A stretch of DNA of 64,000 bases from Dudresnaya verticillata (taxonomy: Eukaryota), in the NCBI GenBank assembly GCA_977862235.1, contig OZ374558.1, forward strand, positions 1,116,001-1,180,000, written 5' to 3'. The notes beneath the pieces are model-generated. The model searched no databases. It had not been told where the DNA came from and saw only the letters and a program-made list of their open reading frames with translations. Position 1 is the first letter of the stretch; each line of letters opens with the position of its first letter. This document shows, in pieces, positions 1-11,851 of this stretch. Position numbers and translations under genes: made by a program.

Positions 1-984
1 TCATCGATATGACTGTATCAGTCCTTCTATCGGGCACTCTCAGAGCCCTAATCCACGGCCCTGAAGTTTGCCATCAACTTGCTGACGGCGAGGCGCATAC
101 AAAGTAGAAATATACGAATGGCATGTTTTGGGCTTAGAATATACTTATGTTCGGTGCTGGGGTTGAAAAGAAGGAAAAAGACCACAGTACTGCCTCGAAA
201 CAAAGAATTACGCAATCGTCACGGTGGAAATCAAAGGCCTGGAAATCCCTGTCAAGTTGTTCCTTAATTGTTGGTTAAAGTGGTTCTGTGCAAGAAGATC
301 AGGACCATATGCAGTTCCACCGAGGACCCCTCAACTCGAGGGCCCCAAGAGACTTGTATTAATCTGGGCATTGCGCATCATAGAGATATGGAAGGACATA
401 TGCATATGCACATCCCATTGCGATACGTGCGACTTCGATGCTTTGTTGGGCTTGAATCCAGTTGGTCTAAGTCACAAGACAGCCTTCAATTTTGCAATAC
501 AGAAGTGTGTATCTCTATTGTAAGGAAACCAATCTCTCGTCATATAAAATAACATGAAGCTAGACTCTTTTGTCGATACTTATCGTTAATTTTCGATAGG
601 ATTCACGAGCAGTCCCACAACAACATATTGATCTTAAACAGCACAACTCAAACAAACCCATGCTTTGTATTGTCAGCAATGTTATTTTCAATTTACAACC
701 ATCAGTACTACCTTAATCCTAATGTATAAAGCTGGATTCAGAGCTGTAAAACATCCTTAAGAGAGGAGTTGCCGAGCCTTGAATGTACAAGAATGATTTT
801 TGACCAAGAGGACTTGCCTAAGAAATCCGTGTGTTCAGTAGAACGGGCAATTCTGTTGTTTTGAGAGAGATCTATTCATCCAATATCTATAGCAGATAAG
901 TAGCATAATCTTTCTATCATTCCGTTCAATCGAGAAGGTGGACTCATGAATCCATCGATTTTAATGCTTCCTACATCATTTGTG

Positions 985-1847
985 TTGCGCCAGAGCTTTG
1001 GGCCACCATGGTTAAACTTCGGGTTGGTGCGCCCATGTTTAAGTTCTGGTACCGATCCCTCTGCGCGCTATGCAGTCGGGTCGTCCTAATGCATACCACC
1101 ACTCCCGTTCCTCTTCTTGACGTTTGTAGTCATCACGTGACTGTTTTCCCTGCAGGAGAGGGGACTATTCGTCGCCATAACCATCTCCGTGACTACTTGG
1201 CATCCATCTCTCAAACCCTCGCTCATCATCACGATACCGCCCGAACTGAATATCACTTCAATTACAGTGGCGAACATGGTCCAGGCAACCCCGTTTCAGA
1301 CACTTCTCGATCCTCGCCTGAGCGCTTCCGTAATGCCCGCTACGTTGCTCGTCTTTCTTCCGGGACCGTCCCGGACAATCGTGAAGACCTATGTATGGAT
1401 TTTGTTTTGGACGATCGGCGTTTTGCACCTCGTCCTCAAGGATCTGACGCCTCTGTAGTCAGCCCCGTTCCCATCCGTCTTCACCCGCCCGCATTACTGG
1501 AAGCGCAATTCTTTACCGTGATTGTCAGGAGCGTTCACATTATCGCCGCTTGTGTGGCCGTCTACAAATGCACCTCCATCCCATGGTCGTGTATATTTAT
1601 CTCTGTATTGGCGTTGAATTTGAGTTGGGTGTACAACATATCGCTATTTTCATTGCAGCCACGAGGGGTACCTCTCCGGCATCCGAGAAGCTCTCCATAT
1701 TAACCTAAGTTACTTATTTCGTTCTTCAATGTGTTGCAGTTAGCGTCACTCGCCGTCAATTGTCTATCGTGCCTCGTAGTCCCTCGTTTTCTATTTAGAC
1801 TAGCTAGATAGCCCGCTCGCACTCTTCTCTTTAAAAGTCTCTCTCTC
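985..1847 (+). mobile_element. Degenerate 3' fragment of a CRE/RLE-type non-LTR retrotransposon
   Basis: Translation LWATMVKLRVGAPMF...HVTVF...GEGTIRRHNHLRD...LCMDFVLDD parallels the zinc knuckle/RLE region of the element at 54217..56736 and the copy at 10824; frameshifted; ends in a (CT)n tail near 1838..1847. Confidence 0.85.
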
Positions 1848-2149
1848 GATTTTGTATAAGATTATTCCCCAACACAAAGGGAGATGTACTTTATGCAGCG
1901 AGATTCTAAAAGAGCATTCGAGAAGTCGAAAAGCCTTATGTGCCTTTTGCTTAAAACAAAAAATACCCCCACCCCCTGCCTGTGGCTTCCTTAGAACGAG
2001 CAATGATGAGTTTACCTCCCGGCCATTAGGATGCATAACTCTGAAACTTTATTCATGGCCTTGACAGATGTCTCTTTTCCCTTTTGGCCTCCATCGGCGA
2101 AGGAACCCAGCTCTTAGAGCTTTCATACCACTAAAATGCCTCAAACATG

Positions 2150-2420
2150 GCCCCAGAAACACTGTCTCGCTGGCCAGATCATCCCCTTCCGTACAACCGC
2201 CTGCTATCTCGGGGTCGATATCTCCGCCCCGGACCCTGGCAACAATACGATCCTAAACCGAATCCCCTATGCGAAGAAGTTTCTTCACGCATTGTCGAGA
2301 ATGGGATTTTCCCCAACATGCCCGCTCCGGCAGTTAACTTTATCTGCAACACTTTTGTGCGGACTGTATTCGAGTTTGCCACTGCTATTATCCCCCACAC
2401 TAGTGCACACCCTCCACTCG
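2150..2420 (+). mobile_element. Degenerate LINE fragment (RT C-terminal region), same family as 3879..4900
   Basis: YLGVDISAP...NTILNRI...ALSRMG and, after a frameshift, MPAPAVNFICNTFVRTVFEF align with YLGVDISPD...STVLTRV...MPASACRFIYNTFIRSTYEH. Confidence 0.8.
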
Positions 2421-3020
2421 TACACGAACGAAGGGTGACGAGTGACTGTGACATCTCAAACGTAACGGGACGTCATGAAGAAGCGTGGAGAAGAGGGCAT
2501 CATCAAAGTATCGCCTTATGCAAAGTTGGCCGAGATGGGTTGAGCAAGGAAAGCTGCCATTAATAACCTCCTGCTCAGCTTTTGGGGTGTGGTTTATTGC
2601 CTGAACCAGAGTTGTTCCGGTCTGTAAGCTCCATCAGCAGCTCACCTTATCACACGCCTCCCGCGCTTCAAAAACTTCACATTGCACCAACGCTACAGCA
2701 GTTATCATGTCGTTTGCGCGCGGTAGGTGGCAGGGCGTCTAGTTGCGCCGTGAAATTTTCCCGTTCTCCCCATCCGTGAGGGAGAGAGGAAATACTAGGA
2801 GGTGAGTTGCGATGGTAAACTTTAATTGGTTGTTTTAGGTGGTCCCGCTCGGAGTTGTGGTATTCACGTGTACGGAAATCCGAAGCGCGGAGAAGAGTGA
2901 TGCATGTTCAAGGCGTCCAAACCGATGGGGCGCGTAATTAACCACGGGGCGGAATGAGAGTAAGTTGTTACAGGGGCTCCCAAGGGTCCTGTACGTCCAA
3001 ATGGCTATTATCGAGTTTCA
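2420..3020 (+). repeat. Direct duplication, copy 1 (partner 5615..6820)
   Basis: Colinear shared blocks such as gtaagctccatcagcagctcacct, cccgttctccccatccgtgaggga and ccaaatggctattatcgagtttcaaa; each copy has its own insertions. Confidence 0.9.
2810..2851 (-). mobile_element. 42-bp 5'-truncated LINE 3' end
   Basis: Reverse complement cgagcgggaccacctaaaacaaccaattaaagtttaccatc matches 4857..4897; flanked by gagttg (2804..2809, 2852..2857); absent from the duplicate at ~6655. Confidence 0.85.
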
Positions 3021-3023
3021 AAA

Positions 3024-3146
3024 CTTTAAGCTCGGGACACGTTCCTGCAAGTCATGGACTCTTAGGACTTGCAGGACTTACAGGAACGCGCGTTCCGGCA
3101 AGTCATGGACTGGGAGGGCTTGCAGGAACGCGATCCGAGTTTAAAG
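3024..3146. repeat. Small foldback / MITE-like element with ~28-bp imperfect terminal inverted repeats
   Basis: ctttaagctcgggacacgttcctgcaag versus reverse complement of cttgcaggaacgcgatccgagtttaaag; internal duplicated gcaagtcatggact; no clear TSD. Confidence 0.55.
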
Positions 3147-3878
3147 CCCACCACCTTAAACGCCGAGTTTTAAGCCCACAGACTACAAGATGGTGGTTGT
3201 GAACTCGGCCAAGAGCAATTGAACGGCTGTAACAGTAACCTAAGTAACGTCCCGTATTCTCAAATCACCATTACAGAAGAAGCCGTCCAGACCAAAGGCG
3301 GATCTGTGTCACTATAGCTGACATCCAAGCTCGCGGAAAGTACCAAGGCTACAAGGCAGCGAGAGAAATGGCTGCTAAAATCGTTGAGATTCACACCAGC
3401 ACCACACCTTTGCTGTCCAGACTGTTGAAAGAGAGACTCATTTGTTCCCACGCTCGCCCCATTGTGATTACCAAACCCAAATGTATGGCAACCACTGGCG
3501 TCATACCGGCTTTTCTATCGCTTTATCGCTCTGTCTCTCTCTTGAGGCCGTAGCCTGTCGCGAAGACAGCAGCTCCCATGTTGATCTTCTGGAAAAACGC
3601 ACGGTCTCATTACCTACATTGATGCAAAGTTAGACCGCCTTGCTTTTAACAGTTTGTTTTCTTCTGTGACCCGTCATCATCATGACCATCGTTTGATTTT
3701 AATGATTGGTTCTTGGGTGATCCATCGTAGTCGGGCTGTGAGGGCTGTGTGGTTGGATGGCCCTGAGGATGCGCCGTGGAGTACGCATTCGGTAGCCAAT
3801 GGAAAGCGTATTGTTAAAAACATCCCAAAATGCTTGCCAATCAGGACACAGTATTAGCACATATGTCCTCATTGGTCG

Positions 3879-4900
3879 TTGCACATTGCATCGCGATCGA
3901 CTCGATACCTTGGAGTGGACATCTCCCCCGACGGAGCTCAAACATCAACTGTGCTGACTCGTGTTGACTCAGCACAGAAGAATCTTCGATCACTAGCCCC
4001 ACTGGGCATCGTATCACCCAAAATGCCAGCCAGTGCCTGCCGTTTCATATACAATACCTTCATACGCTCAACTTACGAGCATGGCTGCACCCTGGTAAGC
4101 TATACAGCTGAAACGCAAGCCGCGATGGACAGCCTGGATGCTGCATTCTTCCGACTAGTGCTGTCGCAGCCGTCGAAACGCATGCCCCGTACCCGGCTAC
4201 AGAAGCTCCGCGCGATCTTTCAGATTGAACCGCCTCTCCTGCGCCAACGAGCCCTACAGCACAAGCTTATCGCCTCCCTCCAACGTCGTGCTCGACACCA
4301 ACCGCGCCTATCGCGCCCCTCCTGGCAGGCTCGACACACATTAAGTGCCCTCCGCCATGTGCCCAGTGACACATTACAAGAGGCGCTACAGAACCCGCTC
4401 CCCCGTCGCGTCCTTGTCCAGCAATGCCATTCCGCCTGGAAGGAAGCCCTGGCGGGGCGCCGCCCCGCTCCTCTCCCCACGACTTCGTGTCCCGCGCCGG
4501 CCCTGCGACTCGCCGACTACCGCGACAGACTGCTGGCCATCCGGTGGCATTTGGGTACCTTCCCCATTCCCCCTTCCTGCCCTACCAAACGTGCAACCCT
4601 TCGAACCCACACCCAAGCCCTCCATCTGCTCTCCAAGCCAGACGCCACCCCAGACGATCTACACACCATTGCCAGTACGATCGCCGCCATCCGCACCCTG
4701 TGCTCTGCCGAGTTTCCCTCTCTGAACACGCCGCCATCCTCCCAATCATAGACAAACCACCGCTGTCCTTTTTTCCTTCCCGGGGTACACTACAGTGACA
4801 GCCCTCTGCCACTGTAGCTGATCCTGGTGTGCCTGCACATGGGCCTTTAAGTCGCCCGAGCGGGACCACCTAAAACAACCATTAAAAGTTTACCATCACA
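3879..4900 (+). mobile_element. 5'-truncated LINE: RT C-terminal/thumb region, C-terminal domain and 3' UTR
   Basis: Open 290-codon frame beginning RYLGVDI (typical end-of-RT motif of non-LTR elements) and LIYNTFIRS-like segment FIYNTFIRSTYEHG; the 3' end gggaccacctaaaacaaccattaaaagtttaccatca recurs at 2810, 35690, 42390 and 43880. Confidence 0.8.
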
Positions 4901-4904
4901 TTGA

Positions 4905-5070
4905 TCCCTATCCTGCCACGCTGCCGAGCCTACCGACATGGCCAGTTCTGCGCGCGCCGTTTCCCCTGTAACTTCGTCCTTCCACGGTATTCAAGTCGAA
5001 CCTGAAGTTGAGATGTCGATGATCCAGCTGCACCTCGGACTTCCCATCTTCAATGGAGTTGACCCATGCG
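4905..5070 (+). mobile_element. Internal CRE-like fragment
   Basis: ggccagttctgcgcgcgc...gtcgaacctgaagtt...atgatccagct...ggacttcccatcttca matches 10828..10958 and 13536..13660. Confidence 0.85.
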
Positions 5071-5269
5071 AAGCCGGGGTGGAGAGAGGTTAAGCGCTCC
5101 AGTAGATGTAACAAGAGGACAGAGTCCTGCCAAAAGACGGCGTGCGCACAAGGCGCGTATGGAGTCACAGCGTAGTTGGTGTCATTTTGCTGAGTTGTTC
5201 TTCGTCTTTCTTGTTATTTCTTTTTCGTTGGTACGTCTGTACTACGTGGTGTTCCAAAATCTGCTCTGC

Positions 5270-5505
5270 TGTTGCTGCACTGAGGCTCGTCAGGCGTTAC
5301 GTGCCATTGGCCGCTTTACGTCCGAACGGAGAGGGAGTAACCCTTCGGACGAAACGCAAGCACTCACGAATCGCATTGTATCTCATCTTCTCCGCTTTCA
5401 GGCGCTGGCGATCAATCGCCATCGTCTTGCCCTTCAGGTAGGTCCTTGCGTAGACGGGGCGACTTAGTGCCCTTCCAATCCTACCATAAAGGTCCCCATC
5501 TCTCT
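5270..5505 (+). mobile_element. CRE-like 3' end
   Basis: EARQALRAIGRFTSERRGSNPSDE...LALAINR-like ALAINRHR aligns with ECRSALQKLASFLATRRGTNPTTE...ALAVNRRR; followed by ataaaggtc and (CT)n. Confidence 0.75.
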
Positions 5506-5836
5506 GTTCAGTTTCACTGCAGTGCAATGCTACAATGCAATTGCAACAATGTTCGTTCCGAGGCTCTAGTCAGCTGTCGTTTCTGAGAGCTTGCCACGTC
5601 CCGATTCAATGATGTACGAGCGGACGGTAACTAATGACGTATCGAACCTAACGGGACGGCATGAATAAGTGGGGGAGAAGCGGGCATCATCAAGGTACCG
5701 CCTTACGGAAAATTGGTTGAGATGAGTTCGGCAAGGAAAGCTGTCATTAATAACCTGCTGCTCAGCTTTGTGGTGTAGATTTATTGCTTGAACCAGAATT
5801 GTTCTGGTTTGTAAGCTCCATCAGCAGCTCACCTGA

Positions 5837-6118
5837 TGTAACCGGTGCAAAGCTTCGCGAAGGGTCGGGCGTTCAGACCCTTTCGCCACCGTGAGATGCA
5901 CACCTGCCCGACAGTTCCCAAAGGGCGCGAGAGGCATTGGCAGTCGAGCGCGCGAACGTGAGCGAGTAAAGGCATCGTTCTCTTCGGGACCCCCGCGGCA
6001 GAGCGACATAGCAATTTTGGGTTTTCCCTTGCCTACAGAGCAAGAAAAAAGCGGACCGACCGACCAACTGAGCAACTCGTTCCCTGTGCGTGCGACCAGC
6101 AGCCCGCCGTTAGTTACA
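5837..6118. mobile_element. Solo LTR (282 bp)
   Basis: tgtaac...gttaca termini; flanks ctga/ctta (4-bp TSD, one mismatch); empty site caccttatca present in the duplicate at ~2643. Confidence 0.75.
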
Positions 6119-6160
6119 CTTATCAAACGCCTCCCGCGCTACAAAACTCTTCACGTTACA

Positions 6161-6534
6161 TGTTACAGGCCAGGCCAAGTGTAGATAGTTAGTGGTGGCA
6201 GCCTGCTGGCAGACTGGATAGGGTGCTATGTTGATGGTGGCAGATGTCGCCTATCAAGAAGTACTAGTGTCGACATGTCAATTCTCGTGTGTCAGTGCAA
6301 GTGTAGACGAGGAGAGTAATCACTGTTCTTTTGTCAGGGCAATTGTAGGCATGGACAGTATTCTGTCGTGTTTTAGTCTCTACAGAAAGTACGGTCCTGC
6401 AAAAGAATGCAAATAGAGGGAAAAGGTCCAACAGAAGTAAAGAGGTATCCGTGCTTTGAGAAGGAACCGGGTCCGCGCGTGTCTACCGCGAGAAATCAGC
6501 TCAAGAGACTAGAGCTCTTTACCGGTACGTAACA
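6161..6534. mobile_element. Solo LTR (374 bp)
   Basis: tgttac...gtaaca termini; flanks taca/tata; empty site cattgcaccaacg in the duplicate at ~2680. Confidence 0.75.
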
Positions 6535-6929
6535 TATACCAACGCTGCAGCCATTCTCATGCTGTTTGTGCCAGGTGGGTTGCAGGGAGACTAGTTACTC
6601 CGTGAAAGGTTTCCCGTTCTCCCCATCCGTGAGGGAGATGAATTACTCGGAGTTGAGTTGTAGTGTTGACGTGTGCGGAAATCCGAGGCACGCGGAGGGG
6701 TGATGCATCTTCACGGCGTTTAAGCCAAAGGACGCGTAATTAACGGCGGGGCGGAATGACAGTAAGTTGTTACAGGGATTCCCAAGGTCCTGTAATCCAA
6801 ATGGCTATTATCGAGTTTCAAAGGTGCAACCGCATTTGCACAGACCATGCCGTGAAAGAAGTGAGTCCTGACAATTCCCGCGTCGAAACTCAAACCCAGG
6901 GTCGCTTGAAGCTGATATTGGTGGTCTTG

Positions 6930-8250
6930 ATAGAACTATTATCTGGAGGGGCACTGACAATGGTATGATTACCACCAGAAACAATATCTGACAACGGGCA
7001 AGATGAGTGAGAAGAGATCGTTTTGCATATACAAAAGTGTTGTCTTTCTTGACTGCGGGTGACACAGTTCATTGTACTTGCAAAACCTGTTGAAGGGCTG
7101 GAAAGGGTGGGTAAGAGCAGAAGAACTCTCGGACTTGGGGTTGTTTCTCTCCAAGAAAGTCAGGCCGATGGTTGGCTACTCTCCAGCTTCACAGCTACGT
7201 AATACGTATCTACGATACTGCTCAACAGAACTACTTCCTCGATTTGACCTTTTTCGACCTCCTTCCATCATCGTCTTCATCACTATCGTTGGCCCATAGC
7301 TTTTCAACTGCATCATGTGCCTCCTCATTGGCCGTGTCAGTTTCTTCCTGAACCCGTTCCCAATCTTCCGGCGTCCTCAACTTCGGAAAGCGAGTGCGAG
7401 CCCTGAACCTCTTTTTCATTTCGTCGCTTTTCTTCTTCGGAAGGACAGAAACGTTCTTGTAGAACCTCCTTCGGCCATCTTGATATTTCTCCCTCTGCTC
7501 AGCAACAAACCGCGACGAATACCCAGGCTGCATCTCTTCTTCCGTCTTCAGACGCAGAATATTCGTATGGGTATCGAATTCATCTGGTTCACTTTCATCT
7601 TCCCGGCTTCTCGTTATATGCCCCTGACCACACTGCCCCTCTTCGGCATCACGTACCCCAACTCCTGAATCCGTCAAAACAGGACTCAAGGAGTTTCCAG
7701 CTCGCTCGATGGGTTCCTGCTCACCGCCTTGCTTCAGAGCTGAGCCGTTTTGCGCACCAGACGCATTAGCCATGGATAGTTTGTCAACAAGAGCTTCTGC
7801 GGGCTCTACAGCGCGCACTTTTCTGACTTTACTCAGCTTCTCAGTAACCTTCCCTTTCACAGGTTCCGAACCGGTGCCGTGCTCGACCTGTGGATCCCCA
7901 GCTTCAGCTGCACCAGGGTCCTCATCGTGCTTGCAGAAACTTAGTTTTGGCTTCGCCATTCTCGCTGCCGACACGAGCCGAGTTTTGCTTTCGGAACTTT
8001 GAAGCCGTCAGTCGATGCGAGTAGCAGAGGAGGTCTGCGGATGCGTGCCCGATGAGAGGAGGAATGCCGGGCAAAGCCAAAGATGGCCGAGGCTGGACGA
8101 CGTTCAGGATGCCCGCGTATCAACGCAGTGCTTCAATGCTTCGATGCAGCCCAAACAATTCCATTTTTTCCGTGCTTTTTTCCGGCTGTTTTTCCTACTG
8201 ATTTTTCTTCGACATTTGAACCTCGCAGCCTCACCGTAAATACCTTTTGG
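6930..8250 (-). pseudogene. Disrupted gene of unknown function, copy A (longest open part 7231..7974, charged low-complexity protein)
   Basis: 247-codon ORF rich in E/K/R/D; the sequence downstream is conserved with copy B but has stops and frameshifts. Confidence 0.5.
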
Positions 8251-8609
8251 CTCGGGATGTCCCTGTGAAAGTCCCACTCCCATCTCTGTCAACCCCAAAA
8301 TGGGGTAGTTTATTGGAATGCAGTGTCCTATCGTGGCGTTGTGATGCACAAGGTTGAAGCTGGAATGAAGGAAAAGTGCAGACGAGGGCAACCACGGCCG
8401 GCGCAGATGGCCGGGTATGCGTGGAGATCTTGTTGTGTGTTGTGGTGTTGTGTTCAGCACTTCTGTTGTCTGTTGTAGATTCCATCCTCTGAGTTCAAAA
8501 GCGTTCCTCTCTCGTCTTCACGCTGCGCCTCTCACATCTTACTACCACTTATTCATAACAATCGGCTGCGCAGACGTTGGCGAGAGCTCTTTCAAGAGCC
8601 AGAACTTGA

Positions 8610-11600
8610 CAGAACTACTATCAGGGGAGGGGGGGGGTGCGCTGACGCTGACAGGATTACCACACGAAACAACAATTGCAACGGGCAAGACAAGTGAGAA
8701 GAATTCGATTTGAACGCCAGAAGAGTTATATTTCTTGACTGCGGGTGAAACAGTTCTTTTAATTGAACTTCATGTCGTTACATTGTCCTTCAAAAACCTG
8801 TTGAAGGCGTGGAAGGGGTGGAAGGGGTGTGTAAGAGCAGAAGAAGTCTCCGCCTTGGTGGTTTTTCTCTCTAAGAAAGTAAGTTCGATGGTTGGTTACT
8901 CTTCAGCTTCACAGCTACGTAATACGTATCTGCGATACTTCTCAACAGAACTGCTTCCTCGATTTCTTCTTTTCGACCTCCTTCCACAATCGCTTTCATC
9001 ACTATCGTTGGCCCATATTTTCCAACTGCATCATGTGTCTCCTCATTGGCATTATCAGCTTCTTCCTGAAAGCGAGTGCGATCCCTGAACCTCTTTTCAT
9101 TTGCTCGCTTTTCTTCTTCGAAAGGACAGAAACATTCTCGAGAACACGTTCTCAAGAAAATATTTCTGTCCTTCGCAGGACCGTATTTGTGACTGAGCGA
9201 CTTGCATAAAAGTTAGGTGACTTTTGCCAAACTGACTCTCCCTTTCTCGATGACTGACTAGACGCTGGATACATGAAAGACACGTGGTGATATGTACATG
9301 TGTCGCCGATGTTCAACGAGGATAGCACCTGCATTGTGTCGATCTTGCGGCAGCTTTATGGGCCTCATTAACAAACGGAGGTGATCGCCTTGAACTTGAC
9401 TTGCAGAAAACGCGTCTCGTCATTCTGTTCCACATCGTTGGAGTTATAGACGTGAACGAGTGCACTCTCGATTTCTGGGTCTGTCCGCAGGAAGAAAAAA
9501 GCGTACATGAAGGTGCTATGCAAGGGAGTGGTTCGGGAAGCGCTCTACTGAGAAGAGTCGCTATCTCTCAGCACCGCCGACCTGGAAGTTGTGTACAGCA
9601 TGTCTTGCAGCCAAATACGCGAATGTTTGATAAGCACAGGTAGGAAAAAGCCCTGTCGGGCACTGTCATACTGGAGGGACGTGAGCCAGGAAAGAGGAAT
9701 GATTAGCCCAGTCCCATTCAACACTGTTGCCAGGGCTAATCTTTCCGCTGAAGCTTCCTCAGCCCCAGCCGAGTGTCTCTTCAGTGAAATATGAGCCAGT
9801 CTTTGCTAAAACATACGCTGGAAATGTTTGAGATGAATCGCTTGTTCGTGAAAAGCGAGCTGCAGAAGATCAGATTACCTCGAGAAGGGTTTCTGCACCC
9901 GCAGGCAGCCAACTTTAAACGTTTCCAGCACGACATTGCCGCGAAAGTTGTAGATATGTAAAGATGACTAGGATTTGGCTGAATATGACTGACTTGGGAT
10001 AGAAAGGGATGACTATGAGTTTCAAAACCTCTGTTTTTGGTAGTCACAAATACGACCCTACATTTTTGTTGAACCTCCTTCGGTCATCTCGAGACGTCTT
10101 CCTCTGTTCAGCAACAAACTGCGATGAATACCCAGGCTGCATCCCTTCTTCCGTCTTCAGGCGCAGAGTATTCGTAGGGTATCGCTCTCATCTGGTTCAC
10201 TTTCATCTTCCGAGCTTCTCGTTCCGTCGCCTCTACAGCGACTATGCCCCTGACCACACTGACGCTCTTCGGCATCACGTACCCCAACTCCTGAATCCCT
10301 CAAAACAGGACCCAAGGAGTGGTGAGCTCGTTCGATGCGTTCCTGACTGCGCACCGCCTTCAGAGCTGAGCCGTTTTGCGCACCAGATGCATTAGCCATA
10401 GGTAGTTCTGCCAACAAGAGCTTCTGCGGGCTCTACAGCGCGCACTTTGCTGACTTTACTCAGCTTCTCAGTAACCTTCCCTTTCGAAAGTTCCGAACCG
10501 GTGCTCCGCTCTACCTGCGGATCCCCGGCCTCAGCTGCACCAGGGTCCTCATGGTGCTTGGAGAAACTTAGTTTTGGCTTCGCCATTCTCGCTGCCGACA
10601 CGAGCCCGGTTTTGCTTTCGGAACTTTGAAGCCGTCAGTCGATGCGAGTAGCAGAGGAGGTCTGCGGATGTGAGCCCGATGAGAGGAGAATGCCCGGCAA
10701 AAGCCAAAGATGGCCGAGGCTGGACGACGTTCAGGATGCCCGCGTATCAACGCAGTGCTTCAATGCTTCGATGCAGCCCAAACAATTCCATTTTTTCCGT
10801 GCTTTTTTCCGGCTGTTTTACCTGCACGGCCAGTTCTGCGCGCGCATTTGCCGCTGTACCTTCCTCCTTCCACGGTACTCGGGTCGAACCTGAAGTTTGG
10901 ATATCAATGATCCAGCTACGACTTGGACTTCCCATCTTCAGTGGAGATGACCCATGCCCCCGTTGTGTTGATGGTACCGCTTCTGTTCCCCCTCTTCTTG
11001 ATGTTTATGGGCATCATGCTACGGTCTGCTCTTCTCGTGAGGGCACGATTCGCCGTCATGATCATCTTCGGGATCGCTTAAGCGTCTTATTTCAGACTAT
11101 CGCCCGCCCCCATGGCGTGCGCGTTGAAGTTGAGCATCGTTTCACTTATTCGGATGAGCATGGGCCCCGTAGCTCTGTCCCCAACGCTGCCCGAACACGT
11201 GCTGAACGCATACGTGACGAGCGTCATGCTGCTTCTGGTGGTCCCCCACAGCCTGTTGATCCACGTGACCAACTGCGTATGGATATTTTCGTTGATGATC
11301 GTGGCTTTGCCCCTCACCCCCATGGATTTGATGTCTCGGTCGTCAGTCCCCATTCTATTCATGGTTCCACTGTTCGCGTTGCTGGCCAAGCCATTGCAGC
11401 TCGCGAACGTGTCAAACGCTCTCATTACCGCCGCGTATGCGCTAGTTTGGATATGGTTCTCCATCCTATGGTTGTAGATGTCTATGCCCGTGTTGGATCT
11501 GGCTTTGAAGTTGGCGCCCAACGTATTGCTAATTTCATTGCCAGCAAGCGCGGGACCTCTCCGTCTACGGAGAAACTTCGCCTCACTACTCGTTTACTCT

Positions 11601-11803
11601 CTTTAGTTCTCCAATGCGTCGCGGTGAGTGTCAACCGCCGCAAGCTTGCTCCTCCGCCTCTTTATGGTAGCTCTGAATCCTAAGCCCCCTTAAGGGGTTT
11701 CTCTCTTGTTCTTTAATAAAGGTCTCTCTCTCTCTCTCTGTTTTTCCTACTGATTTTTCTTCGACATTTGAACCTCGCAGCCTCACCGTAATTACCTTTT
11801 GGC
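8610..11803 (-). pseudogene. Tandem duplicate (copy B) of 6930..8250 with ~0.9-kb unknown insertion (~9140..10060) and a CRE-like insertion
   Basis: Near-identical stretches such as 10415..10820 versus 7788..8190; ORF pieces MSAARMAKPKLSF and MANASGAQNGSALK are repeated but frameshifted. Confidence 0.8.
10824..11737 (+). mobile_element. 5'-truncated CRE/RLE-type retrotransposon, endonuclease region intact
   Basis: CPRC...LDVYGHHATVC zinc knuckle, RRHDHLRD, RMDIFVDD, FDVSVV, ARERVKRSHY; 3' hairpin gcccccttaagggg, aataaa, (CT)n; TSD ctgttttacct/ctgtttttcct; empty site at ~8186. Confidence 0.92.
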
Positions 11804-11818
11804 GGGCTGCAGCATCAG

Positions 11819-11851
11819 AGAGAGAGACCTTTATTAAACAACAAGAGAGAA
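11819..11851 (-). mobile_element. 33-bp extreme 5'-truncated CRE-like tail
   Basis: Reverse complement tctctcttgttgtttaataaaggtctctctct matches 11700..11731; perfect TSD gcagcatcag at 11809..11818 and 11852..11861. Confidence 0.85.

Larger units (their letters stand above)
5615..6820 (+). repeat. Direct duplication, copy 2 (partner 2420..3020), interrupted by two solo LTRs
   Basis: Same shared blocks as copy 1 once 5837..6118 and 6161..6534 are removed. Confidence 0.9.

Noticed and set aside
10670..10823. N-terminus of the 337-aa ORF as part of the retrotransposon protein
   Set aside because: Lies outside the TSD and matches flanking DNA in copy A; chance in-frame fusion.
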